Below are positions 18,595 through 28,676 of a DNA stretch of 64,000 nucleotides, piece after piece. Source of the stretch: an uncultured delta proteobacterium. Its GTDB lineage: Bacteria; Desulfobacterota; Desulfobacteria; Desulfobacterales; UBA2156. Below the pieces are notes generated by a model. The model was not told the origin of the DNA. It did not search any database and saw only the letters and a list, made by a program, of their open reading frames with translations. The translations under genes were made by a program, and so were the position numbers. The DNA lies in NCBI GenBank assembly GCA_963736855.1, contig CAVTQK010000015.1, positions 384,001-448,000 of the forward strand, read 5' to 3'. Numbering within the stretch: the first letter of the stretch is position 1; each line of letters begins with the position of its first letter.

Positions 18595-19554
18595 GTGACA
18601 TCTGCCTTGCCACAGAAGGCATCCAGGGATATTGTTACCGGGATCGCCGTCACGCTGATCATTTTCGCCCTGACGTTGAATCTTCCGTTGATAGGCTTTT
18701 TTCTGGCCGTGTTCATCCCTTTGCCCATCCTTTTTTACCGAGCCAAGCTGGGGAGACGCAACGGAACTTGGGTCCTGGGATTGACCTTTGTGGTGATGAC
18801 TGCCATAATCGGACGCCTATCGCTCGATGCGCTTTTTTACCTCGAACTGCTGGTCCTCGGATTTGCTATAGGCGAAATGCTTTTCATGAGGCTGTCCGTC
18901 GAAAAGACGGTCCTTTACGCCGTAGCAGTAGTGTTGGGCACTTCCAGCGCTTTTCTGCTCCTCTATGGCCTAACCTTCCAAGCGGGTATCAGCACAGTGA
19001 TCTCCGATTACGTTCTCAAAAGCCTGAGGCTGACCCTGGCAATCTATGAGAAGATGGGAATTTCCCAGGAAGCAATTCGTTTGATGTCCGATTCCATGGA
19101 ACAGATCCAGTATGTCCTAGTCAGGATCCTCCCAGCTTTGGCAGTCGGCTCCACCCTATTTGTGGCCTGGGCCAACCTGCTGATGGCAAGGTCGGTCCTG
19201 CTGTCGAGGAACCTTTTTTTCCCGGATTTTGGCCCGCTGAATCGCTGGAAGGTTCCGGAAGTCCTGGTATGGGGCGTTATTGCCTCGGCTCTTTTGCTCC
19301 TTTTCCCTTCAAGGGCCATGAAGGTGATCGGTTTAAACGGTATTATCGTCTTTATGGTGGTTTATTTCCTGGAAGGGATCGCCATTGTTTCCTTCTTCTT
19401 TGAAAAAAAACAATTTCCTCGATTCCTGAGATCGACCATCTATGTTTTCATCTTTATACAGCAAATCATCTGCCTGCTGGTCATCGGGTTGGGATTTTTC
19501 GATACCTGGCTTGATTTCCGAAGGTTGAGCACACCACCTCAAAACAGTGAGTAG
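18595..19554 (+). CDS. DUF2232/YybS family membrane protein
   Basis: Multi-TM protein ending GLGFFDTWLDFRR; conserved position between rpsR and rplI. Confidence 0.88.
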   Translation: MTSALPQKASRDIVTGIAVTLIIFALTLNLPLIGFFLAVFIPLPILFYRAKLGRRNGTWVLGLTFVVMTAIIGRLSLDALFYLELLVLGFAIGEMLFMRLSVEKTVLYAVAVVLGTSSAFLLLYGLTFQAGISTVISDYVLKSLRLTLAIYEKMGISQEAIRLMSDSMEQIQYVLVRILPALAVGSTLFVAWANLLMARSVLLSRNLFFPDFGPLNRWKVPEVLVWGVIASALLLLFPSRAMKVIGLNGIIVFMVVYFLEGIAIVSFFFEKKQFPRFLRSTIYVFIFIQQIICLLVIGLGFFDTWLDFRRLSTPPQNSE

Positions 19555-19598
19555 AATCTACAACACGTCTTTTCGACGTTTTTTCGGGAGGATCATCC

Positions 19599-20045
19599 AT
19601 GAGAGTTATTTTAAAAGAAACCATTGATGCCCTGGGGACTATCGGATCTGAAGTGACGGTGAAGGACGGATATGCCCGGAACTACCTTTTTCCCCAGAAC
19701 AGGGCGGTCCCCGCCACGGAACACAATCGAAGGTCGATGGAGAAACAAAAAGCCAAATTCGACCTTCAGGTGGCCAAGGAAAAGGCCCTGGCCGAAGAGA
19801 TGGCCAAACGTCTCGAAGGGGTTTCCTGCACCATACCCGCCAAGGTGAGTGAGGAAGATCGGCTATACGGATCGGTTACGGTTCGGGATATTGTCCAGGC
19901 GCTGGCCCTGCAGCAGATAGAAGTTGAAAAACGGATGGTCATGCTCGCCGAACCTATTAAAACCATCGGAAGCCATCGGGTCCCCATCCGGATCTATGCC
20001 GGTATCGAGCCGAAAATCGAAGTCCGGGTGGTCCCCGAGGAATAG
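19599..20045 (+). CDS. rplI: 50S ribosomal protein L9
   Basis: MRVIL...VKDGYARNYLFP...LYGSVT. Confidence 0.98.
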   Translation: MRVILKETIDALGTIGSEVTVKDGYARNYLFPQNRAVPATEHNRRSMEKQKAKFDLQVAKEKALAEEMAKRLEGVSCTIPAKVSEEDRLYGSVTVRDIVQALALQQIEVEKRMVMLAEPIKTIGSHRVPIRIYAGIEPKIEVRVVPEE

Positions 20046-20082
20046 CAAAGCACTTTCCCTCCGACACATCGAGGCGCTTACC

Positions 20083-21468
20083 ATGGCTCTTTCCGATTCT
20101 GCCTTCCGCAAGCTTCAGGGCATCGTCGGGGTTGACCGATGTACCCGCAGTCTGGAAGAACGCGCCTGTTACGCCTACGACGCTGCTACCGGCCGATCCC
20201 TGCCGGATGCGGTCTTATTTCCTGAAACCGCCGCTGAAATCTCCGCGGTTTTGACCTGCGCCAACGCCGAACGATTCTTCGTGGTCCCGCGGGGAAGCGG
20301 ATCCGGTATGACCGGAGGATCGGTTCCCGTCCAGGGAGGTATCGTCCTGGTCATGAGCCGGATGAACCGCATCCTAGCCATCGACACGGAAAATCTGGTG
20401 GCCCATGCCGAGCCCGGAGTCATCACCGGCAAGTTCCATGCCGCTGTGGAAAAAGAAGGGCTCTTTTATCCTCCGGATCCCTCCAGCTCTGATTTCTCCA
20501 CCCTCGGTGGAAACCTGGCTGAATGCGCCGGTGGGCCTAAAGCAGTCAAGTACGGAGTCACGCGGGATTACGTTTTGGGACTCGAAGCTGTACTGCCTAC
20601 CGGCGAGATCATCCGGACCGGTGTACAAACGACCAAAGGCGTGGCGGGTTACGATCTGACCCGGCTTCTGGTGGGCTCTGAAGGGACCCTTGGCATCATC
20701 ACCCGTATAACGCTGAAGCTTTTGCCGCTTCCGCAGTCCGTCATGACCTTGACGGCGGTTTTTCATCGTCTGGAAACGGCGACCGAGACTGTATCGGAGA
20801 TCATCCGACGCGGCATCATTCCCCGAACCCTGGAATTCATGGACAACGCATCCATTCGCTGTGTGGAAAGACACCTGAAGATGGGTCTTCCCGTGGATGC
20901 CGGAGCCCTCCTTTTAATTGAAGCCGACGGCGATCCGGAGGAAACGATTAAAACTATAAAAAAACTTCAGGACCTCTGTCACAACAACGGAGCACATAAC
21001 GTCCGTACTGCGTCCACCGCTGAAGAAGCGCAGGCGCTTTGGAAGGCCCGAAAAACCATCTCTCCGGCTCTTTTTCAGTACGCCCCCCATAAAATCAATG
21101 AGGACATCGTGGTGCCCCGGAGCCGGATTCCTCAAATGATTCGACGAATCGAATCGCTCCGGGAAAAAACCGGCCTGTTCATGGCGAGTTTCGGACATGC
21201 CGGGGACGGAAACATTCATTTTAACATCATGCTCGATAAAAATGATCCCGTGGCTTTGAAAAAGGCTGAAGACACGGTGGAGGAAATTTTTGATTATACC
21301 GTGGAACTGGGAGGAACCCTTTCAGGGGAGCATGGGATTGGTATTACCAAGGCACCCTATCTCTCCAAAGAGATCGGGCCCGAGGCGCTTGCGCTCATGA
21401 AAAGGATCAAGAAAGCCTTTGACCCCAATGGCATTCTCAATCCAGGGAAGATCTTTCCGGCACGTTAG
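20083..21468 (+). CDS. FAD-linked oxidase, GlcD/D-lactate dehydrogenase family
   Basis: PRGSGSGMTGG, YPPDPSS, KYGVTRDYV, GHAGDGNIH, SGEHGIG, DPNGILNPGK. Confidence 0.92.
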   Translation: MALSDSAFRKLQGIVGVDRCTRSLEERACYAYDAATGRSLPDAVLFPETAAEISAVLTCANAERFFVVPRGSGSGMTGGSVPVQGGIVLVMSRMNRILAIDTENLVAHAEPGVITGKFHAAVEKEGLFYPPDPSSSDFSTLGGNLAECAGGPKAVKYGVTRDYVLGLEAVLPTGEIIRTGVQTTKGVAGYDLTRLLVGSEGTLGIITRITLKLLPLPQSVMTLTAVFHRLETATETVSEIIRRGIIPRTLEFMDNASIRCVERHLKMGLPVDAGALLLIEADGDPEETIKTIKKLQDLCHNNGAHNVRTASTAEEAQALWKARKTISPALFQYAPHKINEDIVVPRSRIPQMIRRIESLREKTGLFMASFGHAGDGNIHFNIMLDKNDPVALKKAEDTVEEIFDYTVELGGTLSGEHGIGITKAPYLSKEIGPEALALMKRIKKAFDPNGILNPGKIFPAR

Positions 21469-21507
21469 GCATCCTCAAGCACGCTGCGATCCCCTCTGGA
21501 TAAAGGG

Positions 21508-21711
21508 CTATTCCACCTTCAGACGGATATCCGGAAACCCGATATCCTCGAACCGTTCGTAACGTGTCTCCCTATCGTGCTCGATGGCGCAACGCAACCT
21601 CAGTGCGCAGTATTTCCTGCAAATGGGGTCCTGGGAAAGATAATCGCCGAAACAGTCCAGTCGTTCCCCCATCCGGAAGCGATCGGTGCTCTTATTGAGG
21701 ATCCTCTTCAT
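21508..21711 (-). CDS. Small Cys-containing hypothetical protein
   Basis: LDCFGDY...ICRKYCALRLRCAIE; overlaps the 3' end of suhB in the same direction. Confidence 0.55.
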   Translation of the reverse strand: MKRILNKSTDRFRMGERLDCFGDYLSQDPICRKYCALRLRCAIEHDRETRYERFEDIGFPDIRLKVE

Positions 21712-22492
21712 TTCCAATATCCAAAAGCGAAAGCATTTCGTCATGAATGTGCCCATTGGTCACCAGGAGCGATTTTTTCTCCAAGGTAAATGGGCGATTG
21801 TCATAATCAGTGACCGTCGCACCTGCCTCCAGGGCGATCCGGAAGCCGGCGGCCGTATCCCAGGGATTGAGGTTCTGCTCCCAGAAAGCATCGAATCGGC
21901 CGCAAGCCACATAACAGATATCCAATGCTGCCGATCCTAATCTGCGCACTCCTCGAGAAGCCTCCATGCATCGTCGAAATCTTCGGATCATGGGCCCCAC
22001 GTTCGGTCCGGGGTTATGGGGAAAACCGGTGACCAGCAGGCTGTTCGCCACTGCGCGGGCATCCGTCACCCGGATGGGCTTGCCGTTCAGGGTCGCCCCG
22101 CATCCCTTGACTGCGATGAATAACTCTTCCAGAGGTGGTGAAAGGATGACTCCCACCTGGACTTCATCGGCCGAAGCAAAGGCGATGGAAACGCAGTATA
22201 TCCCCAGCCCGTGCGCATAGTTGATTGTACCGTCCAATGGATCGATGATCCACCGGGAGGCGGTTTTTTTCCCGGCTGCGCCGCTTTCTTCAGCCAGAAC
22301 AGCGTGATCCGGAAATGCGCTTCGGATGGTTTTAAGGATGGCCTCTTCAGCCGCGATATCGGCATCAGTGACAATGTCGGCGATCCCCTTTTTGGTGGAT
22401 ATCTTGGAAAGCTTTCCAAACCGCCGGGTGAGCTCCGCCCCTCCTTTGCCTGCGGCGGCCATGGCGACCCTCTTGATTCGATCCAGATCCAT
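21692..22492 (-). CDS. suhB: Inositol monophosphatase family protein
   Basis: DIVTDAD, AEE, WIIDPLDGT, RRLGSAA, PWDTAAG. Confidence 0.93.
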   Translation of the reverse strand: MDLDRIKRVAMAAAGKGGAELTRRFGKLSKISTKKGIADIVTDADIAAEEAILKTIRSAFPDHAVLAEESGAAGKKTASRWIIDPLDGTINYAHGLGIYCVSIAFASADEVQVGVILSPPLEELFIAVKGCGATLNGKPIRVTDARAVANSLLVTGFPHNPGPNVGPMIRRFRRCMEASRGVRRLGSAALDICYVACGRFDAFWEQNLNPWDTAAGFRIALEAGATVTDYDNRPFTLEKKSLLVTNGHIHDEMLSLLDIGNEEDPQ

Positions 22493-22626
22493 TAGAGGGC
22501 GAACTTACACTCCGCCAATTCGGACTGTCAACAAGTTTTATTGGCTCGACAAAAAGTCTATTTGTCTTGCCGGGGCAGGATTGCACTGCATCTTTGGTCT
22601 GCCGGTTCGTCTTGCACTCAGGCAGG

Positions 22627-24270
22627 TCATGGCAATGCACCCCGAAACCGGATCTTTGAGAGGATACCCTGCATGGCATCGATAAGCCCATGGAGTGTGG
22701 ATCGATTCCGTGCACAAATGGGGACCCCATCGTAACGTCGACTCAAAGCCGCCACTTCGGATGCTTCCAACTGATCTATCTTGTTCAGGACCCGGATGGC
22801 CGGTTTGTCCATCAATGCAAGCTCATCTAAAATTTTTTCCACCGATTCCACCTGCTCTGGAAAGTGGGGATGGCTGATATCGATGACATGAAGCAAAAGG
22901 TCTGCCTGCTCCAGCTCTTCTAAGGTCGCCCGAAAAGCCACCATAAGGTCCTGGGGAAGATCCCGGATGAATCCCACCGTATCCGTGATGATGACTTCCA
23001 TATCCTGCGGGAAACGAAGCCGCCGGCTGGTGGGGTCCAAGGTGGCGAAGAGGCGGCTTTCAGCCATGACCTGGCTGTGCGTCAGCGTGTTGAGAAGGGT
23101 GGATTTACCGGCGTTGGTATAGCCGATGATGGAAACGACGGGTAGGTGCTTTTTACCCCGCATCGCCCTCTGGGTTTTGCGGTTTTTCCGAACCTGCAAC
23201 AGCGCCTCCTCCAGTCGGACAATCCGATCTCTTGCCCGCCTCCGGTTGATTTCCAACTTGGTCTCACCGGGGCCGCGGCCGCCGATGCCGCCCGTCAATC
23301 TGGACATGGCCGTATTTTTCGTAACGAGCCGGGGGAGGAGGTATTTCAGTTGGGCAAGCTCCACCTGGAGCTTCCCTTCTCGGGTCTGAGCGCGCTGGGC
23401 GAAGATATCCAGGATCAGCTGGGTTCGGTCGATGATCTTCAACTGGAGCTGGTCCGCAAGAGTTCGGATCTGTGAAGGATTTAGTTCCTGGTCGAACACC
23501 ACCATGGTGACCCCTTTCTGAAGGGCAGAAATGGCGAGCTGCTGGAGTTTTCCCTTTCCCAAGGGGAGTTGGCCGCCGGAGCTTCGCCGGTAGGGTTCCG
23601 TCCCCACCACTTCCAGCCCGCACGATATGGCCAGAGCGAGCAATTCCCTGCGAGATTCCTGTTTCAGGTGCCTCGGCATATCGCCGGCATGCATCAGGAG
23701 TGCGCGTTCCGAACCCGGTTTTGTTCTTCGGATTCCCTCAAAAAGGGACAGCTCGGTCTCCAGCGCATGGATCCGGTCCAGACAGGCGATGTCCATGCGA
23801 TCGGGCCGTAAGGGATGCAGGAAGCCGTAAGGCTTTTTTTCGGGGCCTTTGGGCAGGATATAAGCAGCGTGGACGAGACCGGGCTCCCCGTCTTCGGAGA
23901 CTGTCACTGCGGCCATGAAATCGAGGGTAAGCAGGCAAAGATCGGTGAGGTCGTCTTCGGTCAGTGTCTCCTCCGCAAGATGCGTGTGAACACATCGCAC
24001 GCCGTTGAGGCGCCCGGAGGCCGAACGGTATCCGGTCAGGTCAGGGATGACGATTTTCTGGTAGTCTCCCACGATCACGTGGGTAACTCGGCCCGTCCGC
24101 TCGATGAGTAGACCGAGCTGTCGCCGCATTTCACGGGAAAGCCGGCTGATTTCACGAAGGAGCTGAAGGCTGATCAGGTGCTGGATGGGTACGCGACGGC
24201 GGTACAAGGCTTCAAGGCCACGGGTCTGATCGGCCTTGAGCCCTCCGGTATTTCCAAAAAGACGCTTCAT
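22627..24270 (-). CDS. hflX: GTPase HflX (long N-terminal form)
   Basis: GGRGPGETKLE, GYTNAGKST, DTVGFI, NKID. Confidence 0.96.
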   Translation of the reverse strand: MKRLFGNTGGLKADQTRGLEALYRRRVPIQHLISLQLLREISRLSREMRRQLGLLIERTGRVTHVIVGDYQKIVIPDLTGYRSASGRLNGVRCVHTHLAEETLTEDDLTDLCLLTLDFMAAVTVSEDGEPGLVHAAYILPKGPEKKPYGFLHPLRPDRMDIACLDRIHALETELSLFEGIRRTKPGSERALLMHAGDMPRHLKQESRRELLALAISCGLEVVGTEPYRRSSGGQLPLGKGKLQQLAISALQKGVTMVVFDQELNPSQIRTLADQLQLKIIDRTQLILDIFAQRAQTREGKLQVELAQLKYLLPRLVTKNTAMSRLTGGIGGRGPGETKLEINRRRARDRIVRLEEALLQVRKNRKTQRAMRGKKHLPVVSIIGYTNAGKSTLLNTLTHSQVMAESRLFATLDPTSRRLRFPQDMEVIITDTVGFIRDLPQDLMVAFRATLEELEQADLLLHVIDISHPHFPEQVESVEKILDELALMDKPAIRVLNKIDQLEASEVAALSRRYDGVPICARNRSTLHGLIDAMQGILSKIRFRGALP

Positions 24271-25637
24271 CCCATGTTGACGGGCGCCAGATTTTCAAAA
24301 CGGGTGTACGCCGTCAAGAAAGTCAGCGGGACTACGCCGGTGGGTCCATTTCTCTGCTTGGATAGCAGCAGTTCAGCTTTCCCTTTGTTGGGGTTGTTCT
24401 CGTCTTTGTTGTATACCTCATCCCGATAGATGAAGGCAACCACATCCGCATCCTGCTCCAGCGCCCCGGACTCCCGAAGGTCCGCTAGTTGCGGTCTTTT
24501 GTCTACTCGCTCCTCCAGCTTCCGGTTCAACTGGGAAATCGCCAAAACCGGCAGTTCGAGCTCTTTGGCCAGAGCCTTGAAGGATCGGGATATTTCAGAA
24601 ATCTCCAGATCCCGTCGTTCGGCCATATAATGGCTTCTCATGAGCTGAAGATAGTCGATGACGATCAGACCGAGATTGACCTCCATCTTGAGCCGTCGCG
24701 CTTTGGCCCGGATCTCCAGAACCGAGATGTTGGGGGTGTCGTCGATGTAAACAGGGGCTTCAGAGAGGACGCCTGCGGCATTTGTGAGGTTGACCCAGTC
24801 TTCCTTACTGAAAAACCCGCTCCGCAGGCGCGATGAATCGATCCTCGCTTCGGCGCACAGCATGCGCATGGCGAGTTGCTCCTTGGACATCTCCAGCGAA
24901 AAGATGGCACTAGCGACTTTAGCCTCCACCGCTGCATTTCGGGCAATATTCAACGCCAAGGCTGTCTTTCCCATGCTCGGTCGTCCCGCCACGATAATAA
25001 GATCTGATTTTTGCAGCCCGGAAGTGAGGTTGTCAAAGAGGGTGAATCCGGTTGGGACGCCGGTGATCAGCGCCTTGTTCCCCTGCCGCTCCTCCAGGGC
25101 GTCGATGCTTTTATCAATGAGCGCGCTGATAGGATAAAAGGACTGCCGGTGTCGCTTCTCGGACACTTCAAAAACCGCTCTCTCGGCAAAATCGAGGATC
25201 TCCTCAACACTTCCCAAGTCTTCAAGGCATCGCTTCGAGATGGCATTGGTCTTTTCAATAAGCCGTCTCAAGATCGCCTTGTCATGGATGATCTTGGCAT
25301 AATGGGCCGCATTGACCGCCAGGGGGACGGTATCCACGAGGCGGGCCAAAAAGACGGCTCCTCCCACCTCCTCGAGCTGTCCTTTTTCCCTGAGTCTGTT
25401 GGATAATGTGACCAGATCGACCGGTTCGTCCTTATTGAACAGATCCACAACGGCTGAAAAGATCTTTTCATGGGCCAATCGATAGAAATCCTTAGGGGAA
25501 AGGATCTCCAGGACATCTAACAACGCTGTGTTATCGATGAGGATGGCACTGAGAATGGACTCCTCAGCCTCGATGCTGTGGGGAGGAACGTGGTATAGTG
25601 CGGGGTCTTTCTTGGACCTTTTTTGGAATTCAGTCAT
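24267..25637 (-). CDS. dnaB: Replicative DNA helicase
   Basis: PPHSIEAE, GRPSMGKT, IDYLQL, LRESGALEQDAD, KQRNGP. Confidence 0.98.
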   Translation of the reverse strand: MTEFQKRSKKDPALYHVPPHSIEAEESILSAILIDNTALLDVLEILSPKDFYRLAHEKIFSAVVDLFNKDEPVDLVTLSNRLREKGQLEEVGGAVFLARLVDTVPLAVNAAHYAKIIHDKAILRRLIEKTNAISKRCLEDLGSVEEILDFAERAVFEVSEKRHRQSFYPISALIDKSIDALEERQGNKALITGVPTGFTLFDNLTSGLQKSDLIIVAGRPSMGKTALALNIARNAAVEAKVASAIFSLEMSKEQLAMRMLCAEARIDSSRLRSGFFSKEDWVNLTNAAGVLSEAPVYIDDTPNISVLEIRAKARRLKMEVNLGLIVIDYLQLMRSHYMAERRDLEISEISRSFKALAKELELPVLAISQLNRKLEERVDKRPQLADLRESGALEQDADVVAFIYRDEVYNKDENNPNKGKAELLLSKQRNGPTGVVPLTFLTAYTRFENLAPVNMG

Positions 25638-25672
25638 CGGAATTGCTCAAGGAAAAAAGGACATGGGCTGGA

Positions 25673-27028
25673 TCAGTACTGGCCCGTTTCCAACTTCCGG
25701 CAAAGGTATTCCACTTGTTGCTGGATCTGCTGGTTTTCTTTTACGCCCCGTTCAATGAGATTCACCGAATGAATGGCCGTGGCGTGATACCGGTTAAAGC
25801 TTTTTCCGATTTCCTGGAGAGTTGCATCCGTGTACTTTCGGGTCAGGTACATGGCGATCTGTCTCGGACGGAGGACGGTCTGTTTCCGGGAACGGGAGGT
25901 CAATTCATCCGGGGAGATCCGGTATTGTTTGCAGATGAGCCGCTTGATGGCATCCACCGTGATGTTTCTCCGGTGCTGAACCATATTCTTGACCACGCTT
26001 CCCGCAAGGTTCAAATCCAAAGGCGCACACAGCAATGAAGCCTTGGCCATCACCCCGGACAGGCCGCTTTCCAGTTGCCGGACATCGTCGGTAAGTTCGC
26101 TGGCCAGATATTGAATGATATCATCGCAGATCTGATATCCATTGAATTTGACCTTCTGTTTTAATATTTTAATCCGAGTCGCATAATCCGGGGCTTCGAT
26201 GTTGGAAATCAAACTGGAGCAAAGCCTGGATTTCAGCTTGTCGTTGATCTTTGGAATGTCCAAAGGCAAATGGCAGCTGGTAAAGATGATCTTCTTATCC
26301 ACGCCCAATAAGTCTTCCAGGATAAAATTTAATTCGATCTGAGTCCGATTTTTCCCGGAAAGTAAATGGATGTCTTCCAGGAGAAGCACATCGCATCGGC
26401 TTCGGTATTTTTCTTTAAACGCATCGATGGTCCCGGACTTGAAGGCATGGATCATTTCCAGGGCAAAATCTTCAGCCGTGATATAATAAACCCGCTCGTT
26501 GGGAAAATAGGATAGAACATGGTGTCCCACAGCCTGAGAAAGGTGACTTTTCCCCAAACCCGGCTTGGCCATCAACAGAAGTGCACTTTGCTGGGACTTT
26601 TTGGAGCATGCCAAAGAAAGAGCTGCCGAATAAGCAAAATCATTGCCGGTTCCCACTACAAACTGGTCGAAAGTGAAGTCCGATCGGAGAGTTTTACCGT
26701 TATGGGGCATGGGGTGGATGTTGGGAAGGGGAATCTGATTATCCTCCAAAGGATCCTTCTGCCCCTTTTTATGCCCGTTGGATTCGGAAATCTCAAAAAC
26801 AACCTGATTTTCAAATCCCAGCACCTCCCGGATTTCCGATGTGATCAAATCCCCGTACTGGGTCATCATCCGTTTCATTGAAAAGGCGTTGGGACTTTGA
26901 AGAACGATCTGGGGCCCTGTTTCCGGTTTTTGAACGACCGGCTCGATCCACATCCGATAACAATGAGCCGGGATCCGGTCTTGAATCCTGCTTTTCACCT
27001 GGTCCCAGATCGTTTCCAATGCATCCAT
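25673..27028 (-). CDS. dnaA: DnaA-family AAA+ protein, divergent paralogue-like
   Basis: FTFDQFVVG..N, GLGKSHL, LLLEDIH, VRQLES, domain IV PRQIAMYL...LQEIG; not followed by dnaN. Confidence 0.9.
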   Translation of the reverse strand: MDALETIWDQVKSRIQDRIPAHCYRMWIEPVVQKPETGPQIVLQSPNAFSMKRMMTQYGDLITSEIREVLGFENQVVFEISESNGHKKGQKDPLEDNQIPLPNIHPMPHNGKTLRSDFTFDQFVVGTGNDFAYSAALSLACSKKSQQSALLLMAKPGLGKSHLSQAVGHHVLSYFPNERVYYITAEDFALEMIHAFKSGTIDAFKEKYRSRCDVLLLEDIHLLSGKNRTQIELNFILEDLLGVDKKIIFTSCHLPLDIPKINDKLKSRLCSSLISNIEAPDYATRIKILKQKVKFNGYQICDDIIQYLASELTDDVRQLESGLSGVMAKASLLCAPLDLNLAGSVVKNMVQHRRNITVDAIKRLICKQYRISPDELTSRSRKQTVLRPRQIAMYLTRKYTDATLQEIGKSFNRYHATAIHSVNLIERGVKENQQIQQQVEYLCRKLETGQY

Positions 27029-27629
27029 ATTAAAAATAAAAGTCCCATTCCCGATTGAGTTCGTGAAAACGATGCGCTGAAAAACCGTATCCGCCGATTG
27101 CCGATCGCGTGGGAGATTTTCGGGTCTGCGTCGATGACAGGGTTCCTTCTATGGTAAGAGGGCAATGCTGTCAAATCGGATGGTTTGGGTTTTTCATGAA
27201 CTTCTTAACAGATTATTAACATTTCACAACTAATTGTTATTATTTAATTATTGTATACTTAAAAGCCAACTGCCCCAAAACATGATGCTTTTTTTACCGG
27301 GGGTTTCTCCAAGCATTTTGGACACATCCATGACCGTCTCTCAAATATGCACAATCCGGCTTTGAAAAAAAATCTTTCAATTTCTATATTTTTCTTTGAT
27401 TTTTGAAAAATTTCATATACCGACATCCGGCTCGCTTGGAAAAAATCATTTAAAGAAGAGATTAACTTCGGTTTTCGTTTGAAAGGCGGGGCAACCCCTT
27501 ATAAGGTGTCGCAAATGGTTGTGCTCCCGGACAGACTTTATATCCCTGAATAATACAGACGGACCCCTTGAATGCCTTAAAAAGCGTTCTTATCGTGATG
27601 CTCGGGTTCACTCAGGCAGAAAAATCGCA

Positions 27630-28655
27630 ATGAAAGCAAAATTCGATACACGACCCATTATTGTAGTTACCATGGGAGACCCTGTGGGAATCGGCCCCGA
27701 GATCGTTGTTAAAGCCATGGCACGGAGCAATTTTGATCATTTCTGCAAGCCCGTTATCCTGGGAGATCCCTTACGGTTGGAGGTTGCAAAAAAATGCGTG
27801 GGGATTTCCCCGGAAATACGTGTGATCAACAATCCGCGCCAAGGACATTATGAGGGCTCCTGCATCCATGTGATCCCTATCAGCCGTCTGAACCCGGAGA
27901 AAACCCGGTGGGGAAAGCCTACTCGATCCACGGCTGCCGCCGCAATCCGATATATCACCACGGCCGTGGATATGGTGCAACGGAAGGAAGCTTCCGCCAT
28001 GGTGACCTGTCCGATTCATAAAAATGCCTTCAGCCTGACGGGGCTGCCGCATGCCGGCCATACGGAACTCATTGCCGAACGGACCGGATCTTCCGATTTC
28101 ATCATGATGATGGCAGGAAGCAAATTGAGAGTCGCCCTGGTTACCATCCACGAACCCCTCAGGGAAGTGCCCGGCCTGATTACACAGGAACGGGTCGTTC
28201 GCACCATCGTTTTAACTGCGCAGGGCCTCATGGAGCGCTTCGGTGTTCACAAACCCCGCCTGGCCGTTTCCGGACTAAACCCGCATGCCGGAGAGAACGG
28301 CCGGTTCGGGGACGAAGAAAAACGGATCCTGGGGCCGGCCATTCGCCGAACCCTCCGGAAAGGGTATCGGGTGGAGGGCCCCTATCCTCCTGACACCGTG
28401 TTTTACCGGGCCCTCACGGGAGCCTTTGATGCGGTGATCGCCCTGTATCATGACCAGGGCCTGATCCCTTTCAAGCTCATTCATTTCAACGACGGCGTCA
28501 ACACCACATTAGGCCTTCCTCTGATCCGAACCTCCGTCGATCATGGTACGGCTTATGACATCGCCGGAACCGGAAAGGCAGACCCGGGAAGCCTTGCAGC
28601 CGCCTTACGGATGGCTGCAGATCAGGTGCTCCACCGACGCAGGACGCTTTTATAG
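27630..28655 (+). CDS. pdxA: 4-hydroxythreonine-4-phosphate dehydrogenase
   Basis: TMGDPVGIGPE, GHTE, LNPHAGE, YHDQG, RTSVDHGTA. Confidence 0.96.
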   Translation: MKAKFDTRPIIVVTMGDPVGIGPEIVVKAMARSNFDHFCKPVILGDPLRLEVAKKCVGISPEIRVINNPRQGHYEGSCIHVIPISRLNPEKTRWGKPTRSTAAAAIRYITTAVDMVQRKEASAMVTCPIHKNAFSLTGLPHAGHTELIAERTGSSDFIMMMAGSKLRVALVTIHEPLREVPGLITQERVVRTIVLTAQGLMERFGVHKPRLAVSGLNPHAGENGRFGDEEKRILGPAIRRTLRKGYRVEGPYPPDTVFYRALTGAFDAVIALYHDQGLIPFKLIHFNDGVNTTLGLPLIRTSVDHGTAYDIAGTGKADPGSLAAALRMAADQVLHRRRTLL

Positions 28656-28676
28656 GTGTCATCCAGGGATTCAGAA

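Noticed and set aside
22627..24270. Unusually long HflX
   Set aside because: The N-terminally extended form is known in this and other lineages.
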